A DNA stretch of 64,000 nucleotides, from positions 74,922-138,921 of the forward strand of contig CACMJG010000002.1 in NCBI GenBank assembly GCA_902613995.1. Reading direction: 5' to 3'. This document shows positions 19,053 through 31,858 of this stretch, piece by piece (position 1 is the stretch's first letter; every line of letters starts with the position of its first letter). A model generated the notes under the pieces. It was not told where the DNA came from. It saw nothing but the letters and a program-made list of their open reading frames with translations, and ran no database searches. Both the position numbers and the translations under genes were made by a program. Source of the DNA: an uncultured Alphaproteobacteria bacterium. GTDB lineage: Bacteria; Pseudomonadota; Alphaproteobacteria; Methylaequorales; Methylaequoraceae.

Positions 19053-20227
19053 TATTTTCTTTCAACGCACATTGCAACTCCTTGACCTCCACCGATACAC
19101 AAAGTTGCAATTCCCTTTTTTTTATTTTGTCTTTCTAGTTCATGAATTAAAGTGACTAATATTCTAGTTCCTGATGCTCCTATTGGATGACCTAACGCAA
19201 TGGCTCCCCCACTCACATTAACTTTATTCATATCCCAATCAAGTTCTTTAGAAACTGCTAAAGATTGAGCTGCAAAAGCTTCATTTGCCTCAATCAAGTC
19301 AAGTTCTTCGATAGACCATTTAGCTTCTTCTAAAGCTTTTTTTACAGCAGGAACAGGGCCAATACCCATAATCGAAGGATCAACTCCAATTGTTGATGAT
19401 GATACTATACTTACAAGTGGTTTAAGTCCCAACTCGTTGGCTTTCTCTTTTTTCATTACTAACACTGCTGCTGCTCCATCATTTAATCCAGACGCATTTC
19501 CTGCTGTTACAGTCCCGTCTTTGTCAAAGACAGGTTTTAACGAACTTAATTTATCAAAGGTAGTTCCATGTCGAGGAAATTCATCCGTTTCAAATAAAAT
19601 TTCTTCTTTTTTTTTTGAAATTGTTATTGAAGTTATTTCATTTTTAAAAAAATTATTCTTTTGTGCACTTTCAGCTTTATTTTGAGAGTTAGTTGCAAAT
19701 TTATCCTGTTCATCTTTGGATATATTAAATTTTTTTGCAATATTTTCTGCTGTAGTTCCCATGTGATAGTTATTCATAGCACACCAAAGTCCGTCAACAA
19801 TCATACTATCTTTAATTTTACCATCACCCATTTTTAGTCCATTTCTTATATTTATTGTATGATGAGCATTCGACATGCTTTCCTGTCCTCCAGCGATCAC
19901 AATCTCACTTTGACCGGATAATATTGATTGACAAGCTATTATAACTGATCTAAGGCCAGACCCACAAACTTGGTTTATTGTTAAAGCACTTACCTTTTCA
20001 GGTAAGTCTGACAACATGGATGCTTGCCTGGCAGGGTTCTGTCCAGACCCGCCAGTTAAAACTTGTCCCATTATAATTTCATCTATAAGATCCTTTGAAA
20101 TCCCTGACTCCGAGATTACTGAATCGATGACTGAACTTCCTAACTGAGGGGCCGAAAAGTTTGATAAACTCCCCATAAATTTTCCAATGGGAAGCCTTTT
20201 AGCTGTAGTTATAACTATTTCATTCAT
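19052..20227 (-). CDS. phaA: Acetyl-CoA C-acetyltransferase (biosynthetic thiolase).
   Basis: VNQVCGSGLRSV active-site Cys, C-terminal GGGQGVAMCVE and NVSGGAIALGHPIGASG. Confidence 0.9.
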   Translation of the reverse strand: MNEIVITTAKRLPIGKFMGSLSNFSAPQLGSSVIDSVISESGISKDLIDEIIMGQVLTGGSGQNPARQASMLSDLPEKVSALTINQVCGSGLRSVIIACQSILSGQSEIVIAGGQESMSNAHHTINIRNGLKMGDGKIKDSMIVDGLWCAMNNYHMGTTAENIAKKFNISKDEQDKFATNSQNKAESAQKNNFFKNEITSITISKKKEEILFETDEFPRHGTTFDKLSSLKPVFDKDGTVTAGNASGLNDGAAAVLVMKKEKANELGLKPLVSIVSSSTIGVDPSIMGIGPVPAVKKALEEAKWSIEELDLIEANEAFAAQSLAVSKELDWDMNKVNVSGGAIALGHPIGASGTRILVTLIHELERQNKKKGIATLCIGGGQGVAMCVERK

Positions 20228-20299
20228 CTAAATCACCAATATGTAATTTTAATAACATAATAAAGAAATTTAACAACAAAAATTACTTAAAGTAATGAA

Positions 20300-20327
20300 T
20301 TGACAAAAATTTCTTAACAAATATAAA
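20300..20327 (+). promoter_or_regulatory. Candidate sigma70-type promoter for rplU-rpmA-obg.
   Basis: Consensus -35 TTGACA at 20300-20305, a 16-nt spacer and -10 TATAAA at 20322-20327. It lies about 40 nt upstream of the rplU ATG. Confidence 0.35.
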
Positions 20328-20364
20328 TTAAAATAAAAACAAATACGGATAATTAGGTAAAGTT

Positions 20365-20766
20365 ATGATAGCTATATTTGAAAATAGGGGTAAACAGTAC
20401 AAAATTAAAATTGGAGATTTTTTAAAACTTCCAAGGCTAAGTGAACTTAAAAAAAATGATTCCGTTACTTTTGAAAAGGTGATCTTTATGAAAGATGATA
20501 AAGGTCAAACAGTAATCGGATCACCATTAATTAGCGGAATTCAGATCATTTGCCAAGTAATTGAGCAGATTAGAGACAAAAAAATTATTGTCTTCAAAAA
20601 AAAAAGAAGACACAACTATAGAAGGAAGATTGGTCATCGGCAAGATCTCACACTATTAAAAGTTAAAGAAATAAAAATCGCAGATAAATCTCCTTCTCCC
20701 AAGAAAGATTTAAGTTCACCTCAAAATAAAGTTAAAGCGACCAAAGGGGAATCAAATGGCTCATAA
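20365..20766 (+). CDS. rplU: 50S ribosomal protein L21, with a Lys-rich C-terminal extension.
   Basis: [15 protein letters not shown]-terminus. The ~30-aa basic tail is typical of alphaproteobacterial L21. Confidence 0.9.
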   Translation: MIAIFENRGKQYKIKIGDFLKLPRLSELKKNDSVTFEKVIFMKDDKGQTVIGSPLISGIQIICQVIEQIRDKKIIVFKKKRRHNYRRKIGHRQDLTLLKVKEIKIADKSPSPKKDLSSPQNKVKATKGESNGS

Positions 20767-21013
20767 AAAAGCAGGCGGTAGCACAAGAAACGGAAGAGAT
20801 AGCGCAGGAAGAAGGCTAGGTGTAAAAAAGTTTGGAGGGGAACTTGTAGTGCCTGGTAACATTATAATTAGGCAACGAGGAACAAAATTCCGCCCTGGAA
20901 AAAACGTTTCTATTGGAAAAGATCACACTATTTTTGCTATTAAAGAAGGAGTGGTTTCTTTCAAAAAAAAATCTGGCAACAAATCTTTTGTAAACGTAGA
21001 TCAAAAAAAATAA
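20756..21013 (+). CDS. rpmA: 50S ribosomal protein L27.
   Basis: [24 protein letters not shown]. Confidence 0.95.
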   Translation: MAHKKAGGSTRNGRDSAGRRLGVKKFGGELVVPGNIIIRQRGTKFRPGKNVSIGKDHTIFAIKEGVVSFKKKSGNKSFVNVDQKK

Positions 21014-21019
21014 ACTTAA

Positions 21020-22017
<998 letters not shown>

Positions 22018-22018
<1 letters not shown>

Positions 22019-23133
22019 TGAATAATTTATCAATCTTAAATTCAAAACGAATTGTAATAAAAATAGGATCGTCTTTGCTATTTTCAAATAATAAATTTAA
22101 TTCAAAATGGATGAATACATTTATAGAAGATGTAATATTCCTCAGAAAAAAAAATATCGATATTTTGATTGTTGCGTCCGGTTCAGTTTCATTGGGTAAG
22201 ATTTATTTAAATATAGAAAAAAAAAAGCTTCGAATTCATGAAAAACAAGCTTGCGCAGCTTGCGGACAAGCAATCCTTATGAATAATTTTAAAAAAACAT
22301 TTGAAAAGAAAAAGTTGGCAGTAGCACAAATTCTTCTTACTTATTCTGACACTGAGGACAGAAAAAAAAGTTTGAACTCAAGAGAAACTATTTTTGAATT
22401 GTTAAGATGTAACGTAATTCCTATTGTCAATGAAAATGATTCTGTAGCAGTAGATGAATTGAAATTTGGTGACAATGATAGACTTGCTGCCAGAGTTTCA
22501 CAGATAATAGGTGCAAATGTTCTCATACTTCTCAGTGATGTTGACGGATTATTTACTGCAAATCCAAAAAAAAATAAGAATGTGGGACTTGTTAGAGAAG
22601 TAGAGAAAATTAATGAGAAAATATTTAAAATGGCAAGTGCGGAAACAAATTATCACGGCACTGGTGGAATGTTTACAAAGATAGAGGCTGCGGAAATTGC
22701 TTCTGAATCTGGCTGCGATACAATAATTTGTAGAGGAACAAAAAAAAACCCAATCAGCGAATATTTAAAAAAAGAGACTGGAACAATATTTAAAGGAAAG
22801 GTTAATAATGATAAAAGTTTTAAAAAATGGCTAGCTGGGACTATTAAAGTGAAAGGAGATATTTTTCTTGATAACGGAGCTGTTGACGCAATTTCAAAAG
22901 GGGCAAGTATTTTACCAAGTGGTATTCAAAAAATATCTGGAAAATTTTTTAAAGGTGATATAATAAACCTCAAAAATCAAAATGGAAAAAAAATTGGAAA
23001 AGGAGTCTCTTACTATGATTCTTTAGAGATCTCCAAAATATTAGGCAAAAAAACATCAGAAATAAAAAAATTATTGGGTTATGACGGAAGAAATGAAATA
23101 ATTCATAGAGATTATTTAACTTTAAATGAATAA
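22018..23133 (+). CDS. proB: Glutamate 5-kinase, with a C-terminal PUA domain.
   Basis: RIVIKIGSS N-terminus and an amino-acid kinase fold. ATG 22018 overlaps the obg stop (TAATG). The track ORF opens at TTG 22000. Confidence 0.9.
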
Positions 23134-24394
23134 ACAAAAACAAATTGAAGAAGAAGTTTTAAAAATTGGTATTAAGGCCAAGGAAGCTTCCTTGAGGATT
23201 TCTCTACTCTCCTCTCAAAAAAAGAATGAGGTTTTACTAGATGCAGCTGATAATATAAAAAAAAATAAAAAACTTATCATTGAGCACAACTCCATAGATA
23301 TCGAAGAAAATAAAAAAAAATTAAATTCGTCACTTCTTGACAGATTGATGTTAGATTCCAATCGAATTGATAGTATTTGCAAAGGTTTAGTTGAAATTTC
23401 AAAATTAGATGACCCAATTGGAAAAATTTTAGGAGAATGGAAAAGACCAAACGGCTTAAAAATACAAAAAGTATCAATTCCATTGGGTGTGATAGGCGTG
23501 ATTTATGAATCAAGACCCAACGTTGCTGCAGATGCAGCAGGCTTGTGTTTAAAGTCTGGGAATCCTCTTATTTTACGAGGAGGAAGTGAAAGTTATCATT
23601 CTTCATCAAAGATAGTAGAGATAATCAATCAATCGCTTAGAAAATTTCAACTTCCCAAAGGAACTTTGCAGAATATTCCCACAAAAGATAGATTGGCCGT
23701 GGGAGCGTTAATTAAAATGGATAAATATGTTGATGTTATTATCCCTAGAGGTGGAAGATCTCTAATTGAGAGAGTATCGGATGAAAGTAGAGTTCACGTC
23801 TTTAAACATCTGGACGGAATCTGTCATACATATATTCACAAATCTGCTGACAAGGAAATAAGTAAAAAGGTGACATTAAATGCAAAAATGAGAAGACCCG
23901 GAATTTGTGGAGCCACTGAAACTATTCTTTGTGATAAAGAGGTGGTGAAGACTCATTTACCAGGATTAATTAAATCTTTGTCGAACTCGGGTTGTGAGGT
24001 AAGGGGAGATAAATTTGTAAAAGAAGTCAACTCAATTGTAATTAAAGCAGAAAAAGAAGATTGGAAAACAGAATATTTGGATAAAATTGTGTCCATTAAA
24101 ACAGTTAATAAAGGAGTAGAAGAAGCAGTTGATCATATAAATCATTATGGATCTGGGCACACAGACGCTATTATTTCTAATGATGAGAAAGCTACAGAAT
24201 TTTTTTTAAATAATGTGGACAGCGGAATTGTAATGCACAATACTTCGACACAATTTGCAGATGGTGGCGAATTTGGAATGGGAGCGGAAATAGGAATTTC
24301 AACTTCAAAAGTACATGCAAGGGGACCAGTAGGAGTTGCTCAACTTACGAGTTTTAAATATAAAGTGAGAGGGAAAGGACAAGTTAGACCATAA
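23126..24394 (+). CDS. proA: Gamma-glutamyl phosphate reductase.
   Basis: ALDH-family with the ProA C-terminal region. It overlaps proB by 8 nt. Confidence 0.9.
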   Translation: MNKQKQIEEEVLKIGIKAKEASLRISLLSSQKKNEVLLDAADNIKKNKKLIIEHNSIDIEENKKKLNSSLLDRLMLDSNRIDSICKGLVEISKLDDPIGKILGEWKRPNGLKIQKVSIPLGVIGVIYESRPNVAADAAGLCLKSGNPLILRGGSESYHSSSKIVEIINQSLRKFQLPKGTLQNIPTKDRLAVGALIKMDKYVDVIIPRGGRSLIERVSDESRVHVFKHLDGICHTYIHKSADKEISKKVTLNAKMRRPGICGATETILCDKEVVKTHLPGLIKSLSNSGCEVRGDKFVKEVNSIVIKAEKEDWKTEYLDKIVSIKTVNKGVEEAVDHINHYGSGHTDAIISNDEKATEFFLNNVDSGIVMHNTSTQFADGGEFGMGAEIGISTSKVHARGPVGVAQLTSFKYKVRGKGQVRP

Positions 24395-24395
24395 T

Positions 24396-24965
24396 TTGAA
24401 CAAATCTTCTAAGAAAATGATTGGAATTCTTGGTGGATCCTTCGATCCTCCTCATAATGGACACAAGTTTATAAGTCAATACGCAATGATGAGGTTAAAT
24501 TTGCAAGAAGTCTGGTGGATAGTTACGTATAAAAATCCTTTAAAAAAAAAAAGTAACAGCTACAATTACAGATTTAAGCAGGTAAAGAACTTTATAAAAT
24601 TTAGAAGAATTAAAATACTAAAGATCAGAGAAGACAAGAATATTTATGCAATCGATACAATTTTATATATACAAAACAAATTTAAGAATAAAAAGTTTAT
24701 TTGGCTAATGGGAACTGACAACCTTCAAAATCTTCACGAATGGAAGGAATGGAAAAAAATATTTTATAATATTCCCATTGCAATTTTTGATAGACCATCT
24801 TACTCTTTTAATATAACAAGAAGTAAAGCATTATTTTTTTTTAGGAAGGCAAGAATTAAAAATATTCTTTTGGCAAAGTCACAATCTAACTTACCTCCAA
24901 GCTGGACTTTTATAAGTGGTCTGAAAAATCACTCATCATCCTCAGTTATAAGAAAGTCAAAATGA
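24396..24965 (+). CDS. nadD: Nicotinate-nucleotide adenylyltransferase.
   Basis: GILGGSFDPPHNGH motif. Confidence 0.9.
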   Translation: MNKSSKKMIGILGGSFDPPHNGHKFISQYAMMRLNLQEVWWIVTYKNPLKKKSNSYNYRFKQVKNFIKFRRIKILKIREDKNIYAIDTILYIQNKFKNKKFIWLMGTDNLQNLHEWKEWKKIFYNIPIAIFDRPSYSFNITRSKALFFFRKARIKNILLAKSQSNLPPSWTFISGLKNHSSSSVIRKSK

Positions 24966-25318
24966 AAGTAAATACAGAAGTTGACACTCTGCTCAATAAA
25001 ATCGTCAAAGATCTTGAAGATGTTAAGGCAAAAGATATACAAATTATAAATATAAAAAATAGAAGTGCCTTGGGAGATTATATGATTATTGTCAGTGGAA
25101 CATCTTCAAGACATATAAACTCTATTGTTTCCAATATTGTAAGATTGAATAAAACTCACATTCTTTCAACAGAAGGTATTAACTCCACAGATTGGTTAAT
25201 AGTGGATTTTGGTGATATTATCTTGAATGTTTTTAAACCTGAAACAAGGGAACATTATTCACTTGAAAAAATTTGGAAAAACAGTGATTTAGAAGATGCA
25301 AAATTTGGATTTGGATAG
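24962..25318 (+). CDS. rsfS: Ribosomal silencing factor RsfS (Iojap).
   Basis: 118-aa product with DYMIIVSGTSSRH. It keeps the conserved nadD-rsfS-rlmH order. Confidence 0.85.
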   Translation: MKVNTEVDTLLNKIVKDLEDVKAKDIQIINIKNRSALGDYMIIVSGTSSRHINSIVSNIVRLNKTHILSTEGINSTDWLIVDFGDIILNVFKPETREHYSLEKIWKNSDLEDAKFGFG

Positions 25319-25320
25319 AT

Positions 25321-25773
25321 ATGATAATTAATATCCTATCTTTAGGTAAATTTAAAGTAAATCAAAAATTCAAGAGTATTTATGAATACTACCAAAAAAG
25401 AATTAAGTTAAAGACAGTTTTGATAGAATTAAAAACCTATAAAAACAATAAAAAGAAAGAGTTAGAAAAACTAGAAATTCTAAAGCTCATAAAAAATCAA
25501 GACCATAATAACGTTTTTGTGTTGGATAAAAGTGGAAAAAATTTCTCGAGTTTAGAGTTTGCTGATGTTTTAAAGAATAAAATAAATTCAGGTTGTAAAA
25601 AGTTAAATTTTATAATTGGCAGCGAGGAGGGGCTTGACAGCTTTTTTAAAGATTCATTTTTGACAATCTCATTTGGTAATCAAACATGGCCCCATCTTCT
25701 TGTTAGAGTCATGTTAATTGAACAAATATATAGAAGTTTAGAAATTATAAAAAATTCTCGATATCACAAATAG
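25321..25773 (+). CDS. rlmH: 23S rRNA (pseudouridine1915-N3)-methyltransferase RlmH.
   Basis: 150-aa SPOUT protein with a C-terminal IGSEEGL...LVRVMLIEQIYR. Confidence 0.85.
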   Translation: MIINILSLGKFKVNQKFKSIYEYYQKRIKLKTVLIELKTYKNNKKKELEKLEILKLIKNQDHNNVFVLDKSGKNFSSLEFADVLKNKINSGCKKLNFIIGSEEGLDSFFKDSFLTISFGNQTWPHLLVRVMLIEQIYRSLEIIKNSRYHK

Positions 25774-25780
25774 TTAGAAA

Positions 25781-27286
25781 ATGAGAAAAAAAGTACTAGT
25801 TTGTATCTTAGATGGTTGGGGATTAGGGAAGAATAATTCTCATAATGCTATTTTTCTTGCGAAAAAAAAAAATTTCGATTTTTTGACTAAAAAATATGGA
25901 TACTTAAAACTAAAAGCCTCGGAAAATGATGTGGGATTACCTACCGGTCAATTTGGAAACTCAGAAGTTGGACACACAAATATTGGAGCTGGAAGAATCA
26001 TTCTCCAAGATATAATGAGGATTTCAAAATCATTCAGCAATGGTGAAATAAAAAATAAATCTTCAATAATAAATATTTTAGAAAAGTGCAAAAGGATTCA
26101 CATTGTCGGTCTGATATCAAGGGGAGGGGTTCATGGGCATCAAGATCATCTTTTTGATCTAATAGAAATTCTTAATAAAAATAAACCAAATATTTATATT
26201 CATTGTATTTTAGATGGTAGGGATAGCTCCCCAATTGGGGGCAAAGAAAATATAAGCGTATTAACAAAAAAAATAGGTAAAAGAAAAAATATTAAAATTG
26301 CAAGTATTTCTGGTCGTTTTTTTGCTATGGACCGGGATAACAGATGGGAAAGAATTGAGAAAGCTTATAAAGCTATTATAGAGGGTTCTGGTCCAAAAAA
26401 GAGGAAGTATTTATCTGCAATAAATGAAAGCTACGAAAAGCACATCACCGACGAGTTTTTTGAACCAACTAATTTCAACGGTTATAACGGAGCTAAAGAT
26501 GGAGATGGATTCTTCATTACAAATTACAGAGCCGACAGAGTAAGGGAAATTCTATCATCAATATTTGATGATGATTTTGATTATTTTAAGAGAAACACAA
26601 GACCAAAATTTTTTAATCCAATAAGTATGGTTGAATATTCAAAAAGATTAAAAAAAAAAATTAAACCAATATTTGAATCAATTCAAATCAAAAAAACGCT
26701 AGGCGAAGTTGTCTCTTGTTTTGGACTAAAACAGTTGAGAGTAGCTGAAACGGAAAAATATGCTCACGTAACATATTTTCTCAATGGCGGGGTTGAGGAA
26801 AAATTTACTGGCGAGGACAGAATTTTAATCCCATCTCCGCGAGTAAAGACTTACGATATGAAACCAGAAATGTCTGCTTTTGAGGTAAAAGATCATGTTA
26901 TAGAAAATTTAAAAAAAAAAAAATACGATTTAATTATAACAAATTTTGCGAATCCAGATATGGTTGGACATACGGGTAATATTGAAGCAACTGTGAAAGC
27001 AATCGAAGCCGTGGATGAATGTATTGGAAAGATTTTCAAACAATGTAAAAAAAACGGATATTCCCTTATTCTTACCTCAGATCATGGTAATGCAGAAAAT
27101 ATGTTCGATGAGAAAAAAAATATAGCATGTACAACTCATTCACTAAATTTGGTTCCCTTTACTATTTGTGAGGAAATTAATTATTCAATTAAAACTGGGA
27201 AGCTTTCAGATATTGCTCCAACAGTATTGAAGCTTCTAGGTCTTGAAATTCCAACTGTAATGAAAGGAAAACCACTTATTAAATGA
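25781..27286 (+). CDS. gpmI: 2,3-bisphosphoglycerate-independent phosphoglycerate mutase.
   Basis: ILDGWGLG N-terminus and the metal-site SDHGN. Confidence 0.95.
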   Translation: MRKKVLVCILDGWGLGKNNSHNAIFLAKKKNFDFLTKKYGYLKLKASENDVGLPTGQFGNSEVGHTNIGAGRIILQDIMRISKSFSNGEIKNKSSIINILEKCKRIHIVGLISRGGVHGHQDHLFDLIEILNKNKPNIYIHCILDGRDSSPIGGKENISVLTKKIGKRKNIKIASISGRFFAMDRDNRWERIEKAYKAIIEGSGPKKRKYLSAINESYEKHITDEFFEPTNFNGYNGAKDGDGFFITNYRADRVREILSSIFDDDFDYFKRNTRPKFFNPISMVEYSKRLKKKIKPIFESIQIKKTLGEVVSCFGLKQLRVAETEKYAHVTYFLNGGVEEKFTGEDRILIPSPRVKTYDMKPEMSAFEVKDHVIENLKKKKYDLIITNFANPDMVGHTGNIEATVKAIEAVDECIGKIFKQCKKNGYSLILTSDHGNAENMFDEKKNIACTTHSLNLVPFTICEEINYSIKTGKLSDIAPTVLKLLGLEIPTVMKGKPLIK

Positions 27287-28296
27287 TACAAATTTTTATA
27301 ATAATTTTAGTATGTTTTAACGTATCTAGTTCATTGGCCAAAAACACAGAATTGAAAGTTAAATTAAATAGTTTAAAAAAACAAACTGTAAAAATTCATA
27401 ACGAAATTTTGACAAACAACAAAGAATTAAAAAAAATAAAAATTGATTTAGATAGAAATACTCAAAAGAAAATTATTATTAATAGATATATAAAAAATAA
27501 AGATTTGTTGGGTAGAAGAATAATTTTTTTACTGCAAGACAAGTTTTACACCAATCAATTTACAAGAATTGTTAGGAATCTTGATAATTCATCGCAGGAA
27601 TTAATTACAAAGCAGATAATAAGAGAATTTTTTTTAAAAGAGGTAAAAACTGGAATTAATGATTATTTTTTAAATTTAGAGAATTTAAAGTCAATTGATA
27701 ATGAGTTAGCATTAGAATTGGAAAATTATAAAACTAAAAAAAAAAATCTAAAAAAAAAACTGTTAATGCTTGAAAAAAAAATTGAAGAAGTGGCTAAAGT
27801 TCAAAGGAAAATGAAAACTAACAAAAAACTAAAGGAAAAAGCTAAAAATCTTCAAAAAAAAGCAAAAAACTTGAATGATTTAGTTAAAGCAGCAGAAACT
27901 AAAAGGAAAATTATATCTAAAATAAAATCAAGAATTAAAATGCCAGTTTCAGGTGAAATAATTTCAGATTATGGAGAAGGAAAAGACCAACATAAACTTA
28001 AAAATGGACTGGTTTTTAAGGTTAAGGAAGATTCATTTGTTACATCGCCAATGGATGGTACGGTTGTGTATGCTAATAAGTTTAAGAGTTTTGGGAATTT
28101 AGTAATGATAAAAGATAACAGAGGATTCACGTCAGTGTTAATTGGTATGAGAAGTTTATTAATTTCAACTGGAAACGAAGTTTTGGCAGGAGAGCCGATT
28201 GCAAAAATTTCCTCAACGCTGCAAAGTCAACTTTATTTTGAGTTAAGAGAAAATGGTAAAATTGTTGATCCTAAATCAAAAGTTGAGATTTTATAA
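27283..28296 (+). CDS. envC: EnvC-like murein hydrolase activator: a coiled-coil plus degenerate LytM/M23 domain, with a signal peptide.
   Basis: N-terminal signal, a long Lys/Glu-rich coiled coil and a C-terminal LytM fold that lacks the HxxxD/HxH metal ligands. It keeps the conserved gpmI-envC-ctpA order. Confidence 0.7.
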   Translation: MIQIFIIILVCFNVSSSLAKNTELKVKLNSLKKQTVKIHNEILTNNKELKKIKIDLDRNTQKKIIINRYIKNKDLLGRRIIFLLQDKFYTNQFTRIVRNLDNSSQELITKQIIREFFLKEVKTGINDYFLNLENLKSIDNELALELENYKTKKKNLKKKLLMLEKKIEEVAKVQRKMKTNKKLKEKAKNLQKKAKNLNDLVKAAETKRKIISKIKSRIKMPVSGEIISDYGEGKDQHKLKNGLVFKVKEDSFVTSPMDGTVVYANKFKSFGNLVMIKDNRGFTSVLIGMRSLLISTGNEVLAGEPIAKISSTLQSQLYFELRENGKIVDPKSKVEIL

Positions 28297-28328
28297 AAAA
28301 ACGGCATAATCAACACTATATTATTATT

Positions 28329-29582
28329 ATGAAGAATTTATTTATATTTTTGTCACTTTTAATTCTCCCTTTTTCATTGAAAACAGAGGAAGAAAAAGAT
28401 GTTTATAAATATCTCAATCTATTTGGTGAGGCTTTCGAAAAAATAAAGAATAATTATGTAGAAGATGTAACATCAAAAGATCTGATTGAATCGGCAATAG
28501 AGGGCATGTTAAGTTCGCTTGATCCTCATTCAACATACTTAAATTATGATGAACTCAATGAGTTGAAGGTGCAGACGAAAGGGGAGTTTGGAGGTTTGGG
28601 AATTGAGGTCACTCTTGAAAATGGTTTTGTAAAAGTAATAGCTCCAATTGATGACACTCCTGCCGACAAAGCTGGTATAAAGTCTGGTGACTTAATAACA
28701 CACCTGGATGATGAGCCTGTTTTAGGAATGACTTTGTCTGAAGCGGTATCAATTATGAGAGGAAAAGTTGGATCTAAAATAAAACTAACTATTAATAGAA
28801 ATGAAAACGAAAATCTTCAGATTTTCATAACTAGGGCCATCATACAATTGAAAGCAGTTAAAGCTAGGGTGGAAAACAATATTGGATATATTAGAGTATC
28901 TTCATTTAACCAAAAGGTTGATAGACAAATAATAGACTCAATAAAAAGTTTTAAAAATGAGAAACTAATAGGTTATGTTTTAGACCTTCGTAATAATCCA
29001 GGTGGTTTATTGGATCAAGCAGTTAATGTTACAGATATATTCTTGGACAAAGGAGAAATTGTTTCAACTAGAGGAAAAAATGGAAAGCAAGGAAGTAGAT
29101 ATAATGCTGTAAAGAATGATCTTATCGAAGGATTGCCTTTAATAGTTTTAATAAATCAGGGAAGCGCTTCTGCATCTGAAATTGTTGCTGGAGCTCTTCA
29201 AGATCATAGTAGAGCAATTATTATGGGAACAAAATCTTTTGGTAAAGGATCCGTACAAACAATAATCCCTTCAGGAGAGGATGTAGCATTAAAGTTGACT
29301 ACTGCAAAATATTATACTCCATCAGGAAGATCGATTCAGAAAACTGGAATTGATCCTGATATTTTAGTTGAACAAGCTGAACTTCAGAAGGTTGATGACC
29401 CTAGCAGCAGAAAAGAAGCAGATCTAAGAGGTGCAATAGACAATGATCAAGAAAATTCCAACAGAAATGAGGAAAAGTCTACCTCAAAAAAAGATGAAGA
29501 AAAGGTTGACGATTATCAACTAACAAGAGCTTTTGACTTGATACTCGCTATCAATTTAGTTGAAAAGAAATCTGCAAATTAA
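28329..29582 (+). CDS. ctpA: Carboxy-terminal processing protease (S41).
   Basis: PDZ domain and the S41 catalytic region GSASASEIVAGALQD...TKSFGKGSVQ. Confidence 0.9.
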   Translation: MKNLFIFLSLLILPFSLKTEEEKDVYKYLNLFGEAFEKIKNNYVEDVTSKDLIESAIEGMLSSLDPHSTYLNYDELNELKVQTKGEFGGLGIEVTLENGFVKVIAPIDDTPADKAGIKSGDLITHLDDEPVLGMTLSEAVSIMRGKVGSKIKLTINRNENENLQIFITRAIIQLKAVKARVENNIGYIRVSSFNQKVDRQIIDSIKSFKNEKLIGYVLDLRNNPGGLLDQAVNVTDIFLDKGEIVSTRGKNGKQGSRYNAVKNDLIEGLPLIVLINQGSASASEIVAGALQDHSRAIIMGTKSFGKGSVQTIIPSGEDVALKLTTAKYYTPSGRSIQKTGIDPDILVEQAELQKVDDPSSRKEADLRGAIDNDQENSNRNEEKSTSKKDEEKVDDYQLTRAFDLILAINLVEKKSAN

Positions 29583-29596
29583 TCGTTTAAAATTTC

Positions 29597-30067
29597 ATGA
29601 AACAAAAATATCGCAAAGGTGTTGGTATTTTTCTTATAAACAAAAGAAATCAACTTTGGGTAGGAAAAAGGTTTGACTACAAAAATGAATATTGGCAAAT
29701 GCCACAAGGAGGAATAGATGGACCAGAATCACCTGAAAATGCGATGAAAAGGGAACTTATGGAGGAAACGGGATTAAATAATAGTTATGAGATAATAAGC
29801 AAAACAAGAGCATGGTTAGAGTACAAACTTCCTCAAGAACTGGTAAATGAAGTCTGGAATGGAGAGTATATTGGACAAAAACAAATTTGGTTTGCCTGCC
29901 GATTTTCTGGTAATGATGATCAGGTAGATATAAAAAGGTATAAAAAACCGGAGTTTTGTGAGTGGAGATGGATAAATCCAATTGATTGTTTGGACTTAGT
30001 TGTTCCGTTTAAAAGAACATTATATGAAAAAGTACTAAAAAATTTTAGAAATCTTTATCAAGAGTAA
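29597..30067 (+). CDS. rppH: RNA pyrophosphohydrolase (NUDIX).
   Basis: Nudix box GGIDGPESPENAMKRELMEETGL and RppH-like flanks (YRKGVGIFLINKRNQLWVG). Confidence 0.85.
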   Translation: MKQKYRKGVGIFLINKRNQLWVGKRFDYKNEYWQMPQGGIDGPESPENAMKRELMEETGLNNSYEIISKTRAWLEYKLPQELVNEVWNGEYIGQKQIWFACRFSGNDDQVDIKRYKKPEFCEWRWINPIDCLDLVVPFKRTLYEKVLKNFRNLYQE

Positions 30068-30420
30068 TAGAATTTTGCTAATGCCTTCTCTTTTTGTCTT
30101 TTCAAATTTATCTCATCTTTATTTGATGATTCTTCATTCTTATTTGTTGAACTTACAGAATTAGTATTAATTACTTCTTCAGTTAAAAGTGAACATCGAT
30201 TTTGTGAAACTTCAACAATCCCTCCCGTTACCAAAAAAGTTTCAATTATTTTTTTTTCTAGATAAATATAAACTATCCCAACTCTCAGAGATGTTAAAAA
30301 TGGCATATGATCTTTAAGAATGCCAATGTCACCCTCGCTTCCAGGAAATATAACTAGATCAACCTCTTTTTCAAAGACAATTTCATTGGGTGAGATTATT
30401 TCAAGTTTAAATTGTTTCAT
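30058..30420 (-). CDS. atpC: ATP synthase F1 epsilon subunit.
   Basis: MKQFKLEIISPNEIVF...IFPGSEGDIGIL. It is last in the atpHAGDC operon. Confidence 0.9.
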   Translation of the reverse strand: MKQFKLEIISPNEIVFEKEVDLVIFPGSEGDIGILKDHMPFLTSLRVGIVYIYLEKKIIETFLVTGGIVEVSQNRCSLLTEEVINTNSVSSTNKNEESSNKDEINLKRQKEKALAKFYYS

Positions 30421-30424
30421 TATA

Positions 30425-31855
<1,431 letters not shown>

Positions 31856-31858
31856 TTA

